Below are positions 26,540-38,780 of a stretch of DNA of 64,000 bases, in pieces. Below the pieces are notes generated by a model that did not search any database, was not told where the DNA came from, and saw only the letters and a program-made list of their open reading frames with translations. How positions within the stretch are numbered: position 1 is the stretch's first letter; each line of letters opens with the position of its first letter. The position numbers and the translations under genes were made by a program. Location: NCBI GenBank assembly GCA_028534125.1, contig CM052817.1:8682001-8746000 (forward strand), written 5' to 3'. This DNA is from Lama glama. Taxonomy: Eukaryota.

Positions 26540-27310
26540 ACAGAAAAAATGGTAGATTATTTCCCCCAAGAATTTTAAATGAGAAATTGAGTAAATGATG
26601 GTTCCATTTAAGAAGAAAAAGAAAATTAGTGGAAAAGGAGGTTTAGGAAAGGGAGAACTTAAGAATGATTTTTTGATCATTTGTTTGAAAAGGCTACTTG
26701 ACATCCAAGGAAAGATTCCAAGTACACAGTTATATATATCCATGGGTTGTGTAGAACCAAATTCTACTGGTTAAAGAGAGCAATTTCACAGTAGTGGCTT
26801 AAAGTTGGTCACGCATTGACAGCATTTGCACCACAAAAATCATTAACTGTTCCAGGCCAGCATTTTTTTCTCTGCAAAGCAGGTAGGAGGAATATATGGT
26901 ACAGAGAGCTTCAATGAAGTACAACAGAGATGTGAGACTGAAGACTGAGATTTAAGTGTCATCTGTTTATAGATAGTATTTAAAAATTGTATGAAGCTAC
27001 CTTGGGAGTAAACACAGAGAAGAGATAAAGTCCAGAAACTGACATCTGGTTTCCTCCAGAGTTCAGAAGTGGGGAAGATGAGAAGTGGCAGCCATTTAAG
27101 TAAGAAGAAAACCAGGAGAACATGCCAAGGGGAGAGACTATTTCAAGAAAGAGAGACCAAGCAGTTGTGTCCAATCCTGGTGAGGAGCTGAATAAAATAG
27201 TGGTTGAACATCAGCTCTTCATTTTGGCAATGTGGAGCCACTGGGGACACTGATTGCCTTTGTCCCATTGGTGGATGGCGTAGAGGTCTCATTGGAAGAT
27301 GCTTAGATGA
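26540..27310 (-). mobile_element. L2 LINE fragments
   Basis: gagatttaagtgtcatctgtttatagatagtatttaaa; gaagaaaaccaggagaacatgccaagg; ttggcaatgtggagccactggggacactg. Confidence 0.65.
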
Positions 27311-27884
27311 GGATGATGGCTTTCCTCCTCAATTCACTTAATTACTTCCAAATTTTCTCCTGAAGCACAGGTTTTTCTAAGCTCTTTAAATAATTAATTA
27401 GTTAATTAATTACCTGTTTTTTTTCTTACTTTATTCATTGTCTTTTGCACTTTCTTTAAATCATTTTCACTTAATAATGCAGGGAAGATGGTACTGATAA
27501 GCGTGGCATGTTTAAGTGATACAAGCATTTGATGTGGTCCTGTGGAAAGAATAGCTGGGATAAGGCTTTTGCAAATTCTGCTTCCTCCAGCCTAGATTTG
27601 CAAACAATGTTTAAATATGGCAGGCATGACAAATTTGTTAGATTGGATATTCAATTTGGATGATTTTAATAAAATATTTTTGCAAATTGCTATAGCAAAT
27701 ATTTGGATAGGGAAGTCTCAGACAGTAAGGGAGATATGTAAAGCAAATGAGAATAATAATAGATAATGTCTCATGTTTGAAAAATAGTTTAAGGTGGAGT
27801 AAAGGCAAGACAATGTACTGGCAATATAATCTGGATTTTATAAATTTGACTTTGAAGCTTAGTTTGGCAACCAAATACCTGGGA

Positions 27885-28110
27885 CAACCCATGTGACCTC
27901 AGCTAGCCATCAAGCCACTCTAAGCCTTTATTTTCTCTACTGTAAAACTGAGTGACAATTATAGTATCTTAGCATTGTTATGTGGATTAAAAGGGATGGT
28001 ATACAGAAAGGGCTTAGTATCTGACTATAACTCAATAAAATTAAAAAAAAAAAAAGAAAGGGCTTAGTATAATGTGTAGCAGCTAATAGTTACCTATAAA
28101 TGGTAGCTAA
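27885..28110 (+). mobile_element. MIR SINE interrupted by a tiny L1 insertion
   Basis: ctctaagcctttattttctctactgtaaaactgagtgacaattatagtatct...tgtggattaaaa...aaagggcttagtataatgtg...taaatggtagcta. Confidence 0.75.
28021..28054 (+). mobile_element. Extremely 5'-truncated young L1 (34 bp: last ~20 nt plus A-tail)
   Basis: tgactataactcaataaaa equals the reverse complement of the L1 terminus at 11859-11877; perfect 16-bp TSD agaaagggcttagtat at 28005-28020 and 28055-28070. Confidence 0.9.
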
Positions 28111-28322
28111 AATAAAAAGGGAAGTGTGTTTGGAGAGATGATGTTTTGACACACTAGTGACTACTCAGAAGACGCATTTGCGTTAACTCTGAGAGGTTGT
28201 TGGCTAGTGAAAGGAGATCACATTGGGGATATTTTAACCCCTGTTACTGCTCATGTTCAGATGCATGCTGAGAAATGCTGAGGTCCTCAACTCTCTTTTT
28301 CTCTAATATTCTGTTCTCTTAC

Positions 28323-28356
28323 CTTGTAGACACTGAAATGGTCAAGACTGGCTGAA
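28323..28356 (-). other. Candidate 34-nt spliced exon of an unidentified minus-strand transcript
   Basis: Minus strand: ttttttctgcttctttctcccttccAG | TTCAGCCAGTCTTGACCATTTCAGTGTCTACAAG | GTAAGA; lies outside recognisable repeats; no transcript evidence available. Confidence 0.3.
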
Positions 28357-28784
28357 CTGGAAGGGAGAAAGAAGCAGAAAAAAAGTGCTTTAAATATTTG
28401 GACCAAGTACATTGGGTCGAGACTGTGCTTATTTAATATATGAACAGGTTATAAGCTGGCAAGGCCAATGAGCTCATCAACACCAAGGTATTCAACATCA
28501 TTCTCTTGAGTTCATGAACCATCATCTCATTTAAAATATACTGAGGTTATCTAGCCCAATTGCCTTATTCCATAGGAGAGGCCCTGAGACCTAGAGGGAA
28601 AGTGACTCAGCTAGACTCCTGAACCAGCCACTTCTGTATAAACCAGATAATGTATAAGAACTGCTCTGTGCAGTTCAATATAATGAATGGAGTTCCTCGA
28701 GCCTTTCACTCTTATGGACATTTATTTCTTTTAATATATAGAACCCTGAAGGCATTATAGAGATTATCTAGATCCAAGACCTTA

Positions 28785-28905
28785 TTTTTCAGAGGAAGAA
28801 ATGAATGCATGAAGAGGAGAAATGGATTGCCCCAAGGTCAACTAATGGTACAGCTGAGATTGGAATCTATGTTTCCTGACTTTCAAACCATTTCTCTGTC
28901 CACTA
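28785..28905 (-). mobile_element. MIR SINE fragment
   Basis: ttttcagaggaagaaatgaatgcatgaagaggagaaatggattgccccaaggtca...ctgagattggaatctatgtttcctgactttcaaacc. Confidence 0.7.
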
Positions 28906-29639
28906 AAACAGAATACTTGGAGGATGCTAAGACTCCAAAGGACATGTAATTGGATTCTTAGACACTGTCAAATATTAAGAATGAATAGTTGCAAGTTCTT
29001 CATTTAACAACGGCCAAGACACTCATCTTGCTTTTCCCCTGAGAAATATCAGGCTAGAGACTGGTTTTGCAAGCTTTTCTTCTAAGATACGGACTCCCTG
29101 GGCATACAATGTTTTATTTTTCCTCAGTGAGTTGGCCTAATGGCTAGAGCTCCCATTAGGTTTCCAGCAAGTCTTTTCTGTTAATTTGATGAAGAATAGT
29201 ATTTATTTATTTATCTTAAAATATGTATCTTCTAGAATATTTTGCTTATATTTACCAATGCTGAAGAATACAATCTGATTATGTGGGTGGGATTCACTGA
29301 GACTTTGGTTATTAAATGTTTGTTTCCTGGGGTTAGAAAAGATTTTCCCCTGTCTACAATGAACGTGGTTGGCATTATCTAAGAAGTTTCGGAAGTTAAA
29401 TTTGCTGAGGCATCTGAGAGAAGCCAAATATCGTTGTGTACGTTTAATCCACAGTTCTTTGACTCAGCTCATTCTCCACATTGTCCCCCAATTTTGGTCA
29501 GCCTTGGATAAAAAATACTGTACAATTTTGGAGTAAGTATAACTTTTCTTGTGTTAAATGTTATGTGCAACATTACTTAGTCTTTCTCGTAAAAGTGTTA
29601 TGGATTTTACTATTTTATTACTTTTTAGACATGTCTATT

Positions 29640-30300
29640 GTTTGTGAATGGGCTATAAATTCACAGGGTATATTTATATCTATTTATAAAAGTATACAGT
29701 AAAAATTTTCTTCCTACATTCTATCCTCCAACCACTCAGTTTCTACTCTCCCTTCTTCAATAGGTGCTCATTATTATTGGTCTCTTGTGTATTTCCAATT
29801 ATTTTTTACAAGATTAAACACAAATATATATTTCCTGGAATTTCCAACTTTTTTCAGATATTAACATCTCTACACTCTTGATCTACATATTCATATTTTC
29901 ACTTGACAATATATCTTCGCTATGTTTCCATGCTGTTTGACAAAGAACTCCACAATTGGCTAAGTAAGATTCATATTCCATTTTAGACTATCATCTTGTT
30001 CATGGACATCTGGATTATTTCTAATCTTTTGCAATTAGATATGATGTTGCAGCAAATACTATTATAATATGTCATTTAAAGGTAAATAGAGTATAAGTTC
30101 CTAGAAGTGTATGTAATTGATAAATCAGGGAAAAAAAAGCATTTTTAACACTGATAGCTATAGACAAATTACTTTCTGTGTGTCTTGTACCAGCAATTTA
30201 ATAACATATTTCTTCACAGCTTTGCCAACATAATGAGTTATAAAAATTTAGATTTTCTTAACAGTCTGATAAATCAAAATTATGTTTCAGGCTTGTGCTT
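29640..30300 (-). mobile_element. Old L1ME 3' fragment
   Basis: catggacatctggattatttctaatcttttgcaatta; ttcctagaagtg; gtaccagcaat...tttgccaaca; ttaacagtctgataaatcaaaat. Confidence 0.7.
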
Positions 30301-30444
30301 CTAGAAAATACAAAATAGTTTATAGGTCAATGAAAAAAACAGAAAAAAAGTATAGATTACAACAATCATGTTTTTAAGATAGTGGAAAGTTGTAGAAATA
30401 ATGAAGTCAAGATAAAATACAATTCCATAAAATAAAGAGCACTT

Positions 30445-31066
30445 AGGTCCACATAAAATCTGCATAGGATTGTTTATGGAAGCTTTTCTCATAATTTCCA
30501 AAACTTGGGAGGAAACAAGATGTCCTTCACTAGGTGCATGAATCAAGAAGCTGTGGTGCATCCAGATAATGGAACATTATTCAGTACTAAAAAGTAATGA
30601 GCTATTAAGCTGTGAAAAGGCATGGAGGAATCGTAAAGACTATGTACTGTATAATCCTAACAGTATGACATTCCGGAAAAGGGAAAACTATGGAGAAAGT
30701 AAAATGATCCGTGGTTGCCAGTTCTTGGGTATGGGGGAAGGGATGGACAGGCAAAGCACAGAGGACTTTTAGGACAATGAAAATATTCTGAGTGATATCA
30801 TAATGATAGATACATGTCATTTTACATTTTTCAAACTCATATAATGTACAACACAAAGGTGAACTGTAACGGACTTTGGATGATTATGATGTGTCAATGT
30901 AGGCTCATCAATTATAACAAATGTGCCAATTTGGCAGGAGATGTTGATAACATCTCCTGGAGGTTATGCATGTGTAGGGCAGGACATATATGGGAAAACT
31001 CTCTACTTTCCATTCACTTTTGCTGTGAACCTAAAACTTATCTAAAAATACAGTCTTAATTAAAAA
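30445..31066 (+). mobile_element. L1MC1-like 3' end
   Basis: gtccacataaaatctgcataggattgtttat...tggtgcatccagataatggaacattattcagtactaaaaagtaatgagctattaagctgtgaaaaggcatggaggaa...ggactttggatgattatgatgtgtcaatgtagg...ttttgctgtgaacctaaaact. Confidence 0.85.
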
Positions 31067-31720
31067 TTTGATAGAAAGAACTAGTAAATATTTAAAAACT
31101 AAAATTATGTTAAAGAATATAGAAGCAAAAGTAGATGAATAGAAAAAAGACAGTTAATTTCAACAGATGAATTGAATTGATAAAAACCAAATAGATACCC
31201 TAGAACTGATCAAATACATATTCATCTAGCATTAAGAACTCATTGAATGATTTAGCAGCAGACTGGACACCAAAGAAGTTAGAACTGAGAACCTCAAAAA
31301 TAAACCAGTAGAGGATATACCCATACTGAAGCACAAAGAGAAAAGGGATGAAAAACCAGACACAATGCAAGGGACACAGCCAAAATAATTCACATGTGTA
31401 TAACAGGAGCCCTAGATGGAGAGAAAAGAATGGGTTAAAACCAATGTTCAAAAGGACAATGGCCTAGAATTTACGTGTAAACTTATTCATATATCAACCT
31501 ACAGTTTCCAGTAGTTCAGCAGACGCCAACAAGATAAAGAAAATGAATCCTGGGTACATTATGGTCAAACTTCTGAAAACCAAAGATAAAGAAAAATTTA
31601 AAAGAATGAGTGTCTGAGTGTGTGTGTGTGTGTATGTGTGTGTGAGATAGAGAGGGAGAGAGAGAAAGCCTACATTTTGTCATCAAAGAAGCAAACATAA
31701 GACACAGAAGAGTGAAAATG
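31067..31720 (+). mobile_element. Old L1M ORF1 remnant (with TG/GA microsatellite at about 31610-31665)
   Basis: aagaactcattgaatgatttagcagcagactggacacc; actgaagcacaaagagaaaa; aatggcctagaatttt; acattatggtcaaacttctgaaaaccaaagataaagaaaaa. Confidence 0.7.
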
Positions 31721-33439
31721 CTAGGTCATAATTTTGGTAAGTGTTTAACTCTCTTAAAAATTGAGAAAAAGCTTTTTACAAAAATAGTTGTGCTATTTTC
31801 TAGCCTTACTAGCAACGTAGAGGAGTAAAAGTATCTCTACATTCATGAGGGGATATCTGAGCTGCAGCTTGAATGAGTGTAGCTGGCCATTTGAAGATCT
31901 GAGAATAAAGGAATTCCAGACAGAGCAACACCAAGCTCAAAGAACCTGAGGCATTTCTATGTAGTTATTTCCATGAAACATCAAATGTAATGTAGTTAAA
32001 ATCTCACCATTGGCCCCATTGATAGACCTTAAGTTTGATTCATATTTTATCAAGAGATATTTCTGGTGGCATATAAGAGGCTAGACTTTCCCCGGTTTTA
32101 TGAAATGGTTGAGCAGGATCTACTGATTGTTATTCCATGCACTATTAAATAAAACTGCCTTAGTTTCCTATTATGTAAGTGTAGCATAATCAGTATGTTT
32201 TGATAGACATTTAGATTATTTCTATTTTACTTTAAAATGTAATACAAAACTTACCTTGTAATACCATTTTGAAACTGTGTACATTTATAAGTTGTATGAA
32301 TTCTGTAAGTATAACTACTGAATAAAAAAAGAAAACACTTGTAATTCAAGAGACATTTAAAAAATGAACTTACCAATGTGTCCTCAAAACTGTATTACCA
32401 AGATCCACTTAACAAATTAGAATACGGTGAAACTCAACACACTGGTTTTAGAATAGGCCACTTATTTTTTGCCATTAATTAACATTCAATTTCTTAGTCT
32501 TTTCTAATACCTCAAAATGTATTTGGAAATCCACTGCAGTCTTTAAATCAACAGAAATTTTCTCTAATTCTTACTTCAGCTTTAAATTTCTAAAAACAGG
32601 AATAATTCTGAGAAAATTAATGTAAAAAGTCCCAGAATTTCTGGTCTTTACCAAAAATAAGGAATCCAAAGACAGAAACTAAAGGTGTATTTTAGCGTCA
32701 ATTTATACAGTATTTACCTTAAACGCAATTTTGTCCTTGGCTTATAAGTTCTTTAAAAAGATCCCATTCTTTGGAATTTCCATAATATGATACATCTATA
32801 TTTTATTATGTAATTCTCAAATATCTTAAGATTATGAATAGTTGACTCTATAATAATAGGTAACATTACTGAGATAACTATGTGTCAGATATATGCGATA
32901 TTACATTTTTACATATAGTTCTACGTACATAGAGTACATACATTTTAAAATACACAATTCTAGCCACAGTCCTATAAATAGTTCTTATTTTTATATAGTA
33001 CATCTGGGGAAAATGAGATTCATTCAGGAAAAAAAATAACGTATAAACACCATAAAATTTTTGAATAGTTGAAGTCGAATTCAAGCTCAGATATTCCAAA
33101 AAAAAGGTGGTAAGCTGAATATACCTTTGCTGATTCAAAAATCAAGGTAATGGAGTTTGAGAAATGCAGTGATTTCCAAAAAGTTATATAAATAATTCAC
33201 TATAATATTTTTGTGAGGTATGTAACCATCAAAAGATCTACTAATTACTCTCTGCATATTACGCCGAAGGTGGAAGGACAAAGTCAGTGCAAAGGTACAG
33301 CAAGTGTGCTTAAAGGCCCTTTGGTTGAACTTGCACCCACCCTTCTTCTATGGCAGTGATGTCATTAACTCAAACTTGATACATGTGGATGGTTCTGAGA
33401 AAAATGCACATGCTTTCTGTTTTCTTACTAAGGTGACTG

Positions 33440-33636
33440 GAAGCATGTTCTCTTGATAGATAGATGTAATAAGCCAGAGTCTCTAAACTTGGGTCCTCTA
33501 ATGACCTGAGTGGTTCAGAGACCCCTCCCTATCTTCGTTAACATGCAGCATGAATGAGAAGTAACGCTTTGATGTGTTAATCCTCTGAGATTTTAGTTAG
33601 TTACCACAGCTTAATTTATCCTACCCTGATCAATGT
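33440..33636 (+). mobile_element. MaLR LTR (MLT1J-like) 3' fragment
   Basis: acatgcagcatgaatgagaagtaacgctttgatgtgttaatcctctgagattt...gttaccacagcttaatttatcctaccctgatcaat. Confidence 0.7.
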
Positions 33637-34664
33637 TCTACAACATAAGATTTTTATGAGGATTAAATGTTTATACAATGTCTGTCACGTAGTCCACGCT
33701 CAACAATTCCTAGATATTGTTATCAGACATTCACAATTCCTTAAGTTACTCTACATGCTTTACAAAGACCTTTGGAGGAAAATACTAAAAATTTAATCTA
33801 GGACCAGAAATACAGTTATAAATGTGCACGATCTCCTTTTAGCATAGTTTCCTGACAAAAATGCAGCTAAAATAAATAATAATTTTCTACCACTGACACA
33901 TTCTTTCAAAAATAATCCTTAATTCCTGAAATTCAACCAAAATTGATGAAAGTAATGAAAAATTTCTTTAGATAAAGGATTTATTATCTGCAAGGATGCA
34001 TTTATCTGTTTATTCATTCATTTATTTACTGATTGTTCTTGATTCAATAGTTTAGGAAACATATATTGAGCTATGATTGGCTATTTCTGTCTTGGTTTTA
34101 ATAGGGAATCCTAATGATGTGGGACATCTGAAGTTGGTGGGAGACATGGAGAGGTTCCCACACAAGTTGAAATGGGCCAGAAAGAGAGGACTGAGTGTCT
34201 TGGTGGCCCCATCCGAGAAGGTGAGAAATGCACGGCAGAAAGTGTGGGTGACGATGCCCTAGAAGGCCAGCACTAAAACATACTCAAGAGACACTGAGGA
34301 AGAGGGCACCCACTCAGGGGTTGTCTGTGGGCATGGGAGACTATGACGGCTGTAGCCAGGGACGGGGAAGCTGAGAAGTCAGAGAAAGCACTGGAGGCTG
34401 CGGGACCAACGTGATGAGTAGAAGGGGCATCTCTGAAGATGGTGAAGGCCAGCACTGCTGGTGCCCATGGGGTCTTTAACACCTCTGACAGTGCTGGTAT
34501 GCTAGGGGGTGTGCCAGAACCATCAAAAGCACTTCTAGCAGAGGCTGAATATGAGGCAGAACTGGGAATCAGCAACTTGTACCACAAGGCTGTTGGAGGG
34601 ATAAAATGAAATTTGCTATTTATATAAGAAGCTACTTTATTACGTACATATGGTGTTTTACAGT

Positions 34665-35110
34665 CATTTAGTTATTTATCTGTTTAAAAATATTATTGAC
34701 AACCTATTCTGTTAGGAACAGTTTTAGGTTTTGGAGACTGAATGATGAATAAAACAAACTAGTCCTATGCCCTCTGGGAGCTAGTATTTAATAGAAAATA
34801 AACTTCTGATAGAAGAGTAAAAAAATAAGCATATGATGCAATATCAGGTGGTAATGAGTTCTGTGAAAAGGAATAAAGCATGGTCAATAAATAAGGGATA
34901 ATGAGGTTTTATAAGGGGAGATTATCTAAGATTTAATGAATGTTATACAAATAAAGTTTGATAAAAAGGAATGTATTCAAGGTCAGATCTCTCAAGGTGA
35001 AGGAAACATTTTGTCATGGAGAGAATCCTGAGGCAGAGAGAACAATGATTGTGAAAAGGAGGGGGATGTTCTAAAGTGGCAAAAATGGGAAAAGAGAGGA
35101 ATGTCTCTGA
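34665..35110 (-). mobile_element. L2 3' end
   Basis: aaatattattgacaacctattctgttaggaacagttttaggttttggagactgaatgatgaataaaacaaactagtcctatgccctctgggagct. Confidence 0.7.
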
Positions 35111-35506
35111 CCCCTGAGAGATCACATACAGAGTCAACAAGGCTTCTGTACTTCAAACGCTCCAAACACAGTCTACTGGAGATACCGCTTTATAATATCT
35201 TTCATTATTGTCTCTAAATGTTATTTAAAGATGTGACTGCTTTTAGATTAGCTTGTTGAGTTGCGGAGAGAAAGAATTATATCTGATACTTCTTTATACT
35301 TAAACATCTATGTACAAGACTACTCATGTCCTTAAAAGGACAGAAAATCGAAAAATACAAGAGTATTTGATTAACTATGTAATGACACACTCACATGAAG
35401 AACTAGTATTCAATATTTAACATTGTGCTTTAAAATATTTAATAATGGAAGAAATGCTCAAAAATTAATGTTAAGTGAAAAACTGAGATGAAATTTTAAG
35501 AACATC

Positions 35507-37992
35507 TGGTTTCTGGTTCCATATATAAGAAGCGTGAACATCTCTACTCTTTTTTAACAACAAATTAAAAAATGAACAGACTGAAAAACAACTCTTTTTG
35601 GATTTATTATAGAGGTGAGGATGTAGGGCAAACATTGCCTCCGAGATCAGATGGACAGACTGGTGAATGCAGGGAGTCTACCAGACTTACTATTAGGCTT
35701 CCTGGAGCGGAGGCTCCCAAGTAGAAGCCATCCTGAGAACCAGTTCTAGGGGAGGAAAACTCGAACCGTGATTGAAGAATTACTGGAGACTTAGTGTGCA
35801 CAAGTCTGATGGAAAACAAAACAAAACAAAAACAAAAATAAAAACTCCGGGGGCACCCAGTCAGTCATGGGAAGTCTCAAGAGTTTTGTGAGTTTTACCT
35901 CCAAGAACTCAACCAGGTTTTCATAGTAACTATTGGAGAAAAATTCCTTCATGCTTCTGGAAAAAGGTACCATTTTGAAATGCACCAGAGCACTCTGTTC
36001 TTAAAAGGACTGCCCTCAGGAGAAACTAGCTAACCAGAGCCTAATCTGCTGGGGTGTTATCAGGGCCAAACTGACCTGAGGGAAAGGAAATACTCAACTC
36101 TAGTCAGCTCTAGCCATCCTCTCTCACCTAAGTGAAGAGAAATAAAACTGAGAAACACTTGTGAAGTTTATAATCCAGATGCATAGGGTCATTAAAAGAC
36201 TAGGACCTAATCATAGGACTATAGAATGCTTCTCCTACCCTCCCCCTCCAACACCTTATCACCACACTAGAAAAGGTCTACTTACAGCAGTTCCTTTTAC
36301 CTACTACATCATGTTTGGCTATCAAGAAAAAAATTACAAGGCATACCAAAATAAAAAAAAAATACAACCCCTGCTAAAAAAACCCAAAACCAAATGAACA
36401 AATTCCTCACTATATTAAGAGACAGAGCAGACATCAGAACCAGACATGGCAGGGGTGTTGGAATGATCAGATTGGAAATTTAAAACAATTATGATTAATA
36501 TGCCAAGGACTCTAATAGGTAAAGTAGACAGCATGCAAGATCAGATGGGTAACATAAACAGAGAGATGGAAATCCCAAGAGAGAATCAGACAGAAATGCT
36601 AGAAATTGAAATCATTAACAGAAATGAAGAATGCCTTTAATGAGCTTATTAGCTGATTGGAGATGGCAGAGTATAAAGAATGTCTGAGCTTGAGGACGTA
36701 TCAGTAGAAACCTCAAAAGCTGAAAAGCAAAGAGAATAAGGATTGGAAAAAAAACAGAGCATCACCTGCAAGAACTGAGAAACAGCTATGAAAGATGTAA
36801 CAGACATGCAATGGAAACATCAGAAGAATAAGAGAGAGAGGAACAGAAGAAATATTTGAAATGGTAACAACTGAGACATTCCTCCAGATCAATGCCAAAC
36901 ACCAACCCACAGATCCAGGAGGCTCAGACAATACCAAGCAGGATACATGCTAAAAAAATTCAGTAGGCATATCATCTTCAAATTACAGAAAATCAAAGAT
37001 AAAAAAAAGATCCTGAAGGAGACCAGAGGGGGAAAAAAACCTTATCTATAGTGGAGAAAAGATGGGAATTAAATCTGACATCTTAGAAACCATCCAAGCA
37101 AGAACAGAGAATGGAGTGAAATATTAAAGGGTTGAAAGAAAACCAAAACAAAAAATTTCTATCTAGAATTCTTTGCCCTGTGAAATTATCTTTCAAGAGT
37201 GAAGGAGAAAAATGACTTTCTTAGAGAAACAAAACTTGAGGGAATTTGTTGCCAGTAGACCTGCCATACAAGAAATGTTAAAAGCAGTTCTTTAGAGAGA
37301 AGGAAAATGGCTTAAGTCAGAAACTTGGATCTACGTAAGAAAAGGAAGAACATTAAAGGAAGAGTAAGTGAAGGTAAAATAAAACTGCTGTTTTTCTTGT
37401 TTTCATTGACATGACAGATAACAGTTTGTTAAAATAATAATAGCAACACTGTAGTTGATTATGTTTGTTTATACATATATATATGTATGCATATGTCCAT
37501 GTATATATATGTATATGTATATGTGTATATTTATATATGTGTGTACACATTAGTGCTTATAAATATATGTACATGTGTGTATGCTCATCTAGTACATAAG
37601 TGAAGTGAATGACAACAATGATATGAGGCTCAGGAGGGAGGAAGAATTAGGGTAATTTTGTTATTATAAGGAACTCACATTACGCATGAAGTAGCAAAGT
37701 GTTATTTCAAAGTGGACTTGGATTAAACATGCTCATTTAAAACCAAAAAGTCAGAAAAAGAATGAGACAAAAATAAGAACAAAGAACAAGGCCAATAAAT
37801 GGAAAATAGTAACAAGTATGATAGATATTAATCCAACCATATCAATAATCACTTCAAACATCAGTGGTCTAAATATACCAATAAGAAGACAGATTGTCAG
37901 AGTGGATGAAACAAGACCCACCATATGTTGTCTATAAGAAACCCACTAAAAAGACACATACAGATTAAAAGTAAATGAATGGAGAAAACATT
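35507..37992 (+). mobile_element. L1M (L1MD/MC-like) 5' half: 5' UTR, decayed ORF1, inter-ORF spacer, start of ORF2; 3'-truncated
   Basis: ORF1 motifs (gtagacagcatgcaagatcagatgggtaac; ccacagatccaggaggctcagacaataccaagcaggat; ctgtgaaattatctttcaagagtgaaggaga; tttgttgccagtagacctgcc). From ATG 37818 the sequence reads MIDINPTISIITSNISGLNIPIRR, then frameshifted SEW..QDP..CCL..ETH, the APE endonuclease N-terminus. Confidence 0.9.
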
Positions 37993-38259
37993 TTTATGCA
38001 CGGCATGATTGCAGCTTCGTCAAGAATTGTGTGTGAGTGAAGGTGTGTATGAGTAAATGTGTTTATAGCATATGACTGAAAAAATATAAACCAACATATT
38101 TGCAGCTGTCATCATATTGTGAGTTTATAGATAAAATTTTTATTGCCTATTTATTTTTATATTTTCTAAAATTATTCAATAATTATTGAACTCATTATTC
38201 ATAGTACCTTTATAATCATAGTATCTTTATAAAATTGTACTAAAAATTCTAACACCCAG

Positions 38260-38780
38260 GTTAATAAATGGACAGCGTATATAAACAAAAATTTTGCAGC
38301 AGAAGAAATACAAATGTCCAATAGACATATGAAAATAAACCTTCAAAATAACTAGCAATCAAATAAGTGTGACAAATAATCAAAGTGTCGTATTTAAGGA
38401 CCCTTGGATTCCATCTGGGATTAATTCGGAGTTCAGCTGAAGATGCATTTAAGTTATATTCACCAGAATATTTTTCAATCATAATGAATGATGGTAACAA
38501 ACCTATGACTTCACACTAGAGGAATGATTCAACAAATGATATTGTATGTATAGGTATGACAAATACTATGCATATTTTTTCAAAAGAGAATAAAGATCAA
38601 ATATCTCTAAGAAAAAGGAAATAAGACAGTATTTATATTCTTCCAGTTTTGTGTATTTGGTTGTACATAAACACATCAACACCTAGAATGTGGTTCTCCA
38701 TGCACTGTAGAATTATTAGAAGCATTACTACTCATTTATAATGTTTTTTATTTGTTTGTTTTCAGACTTCTGAAAAATGT
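38260..38780 (+). mobile_element. Old L1ME ORF2 C-terminus and 3' fragment
   Basis: aataaatggacagcgtatataaacaaaaattttgcagcagaagaaatacaaatgtccaatagacatatgaaaa resembles the ORF2 motif KWAKDMNRQF.EEEIQMANKHMK. Confidence 0.65.
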
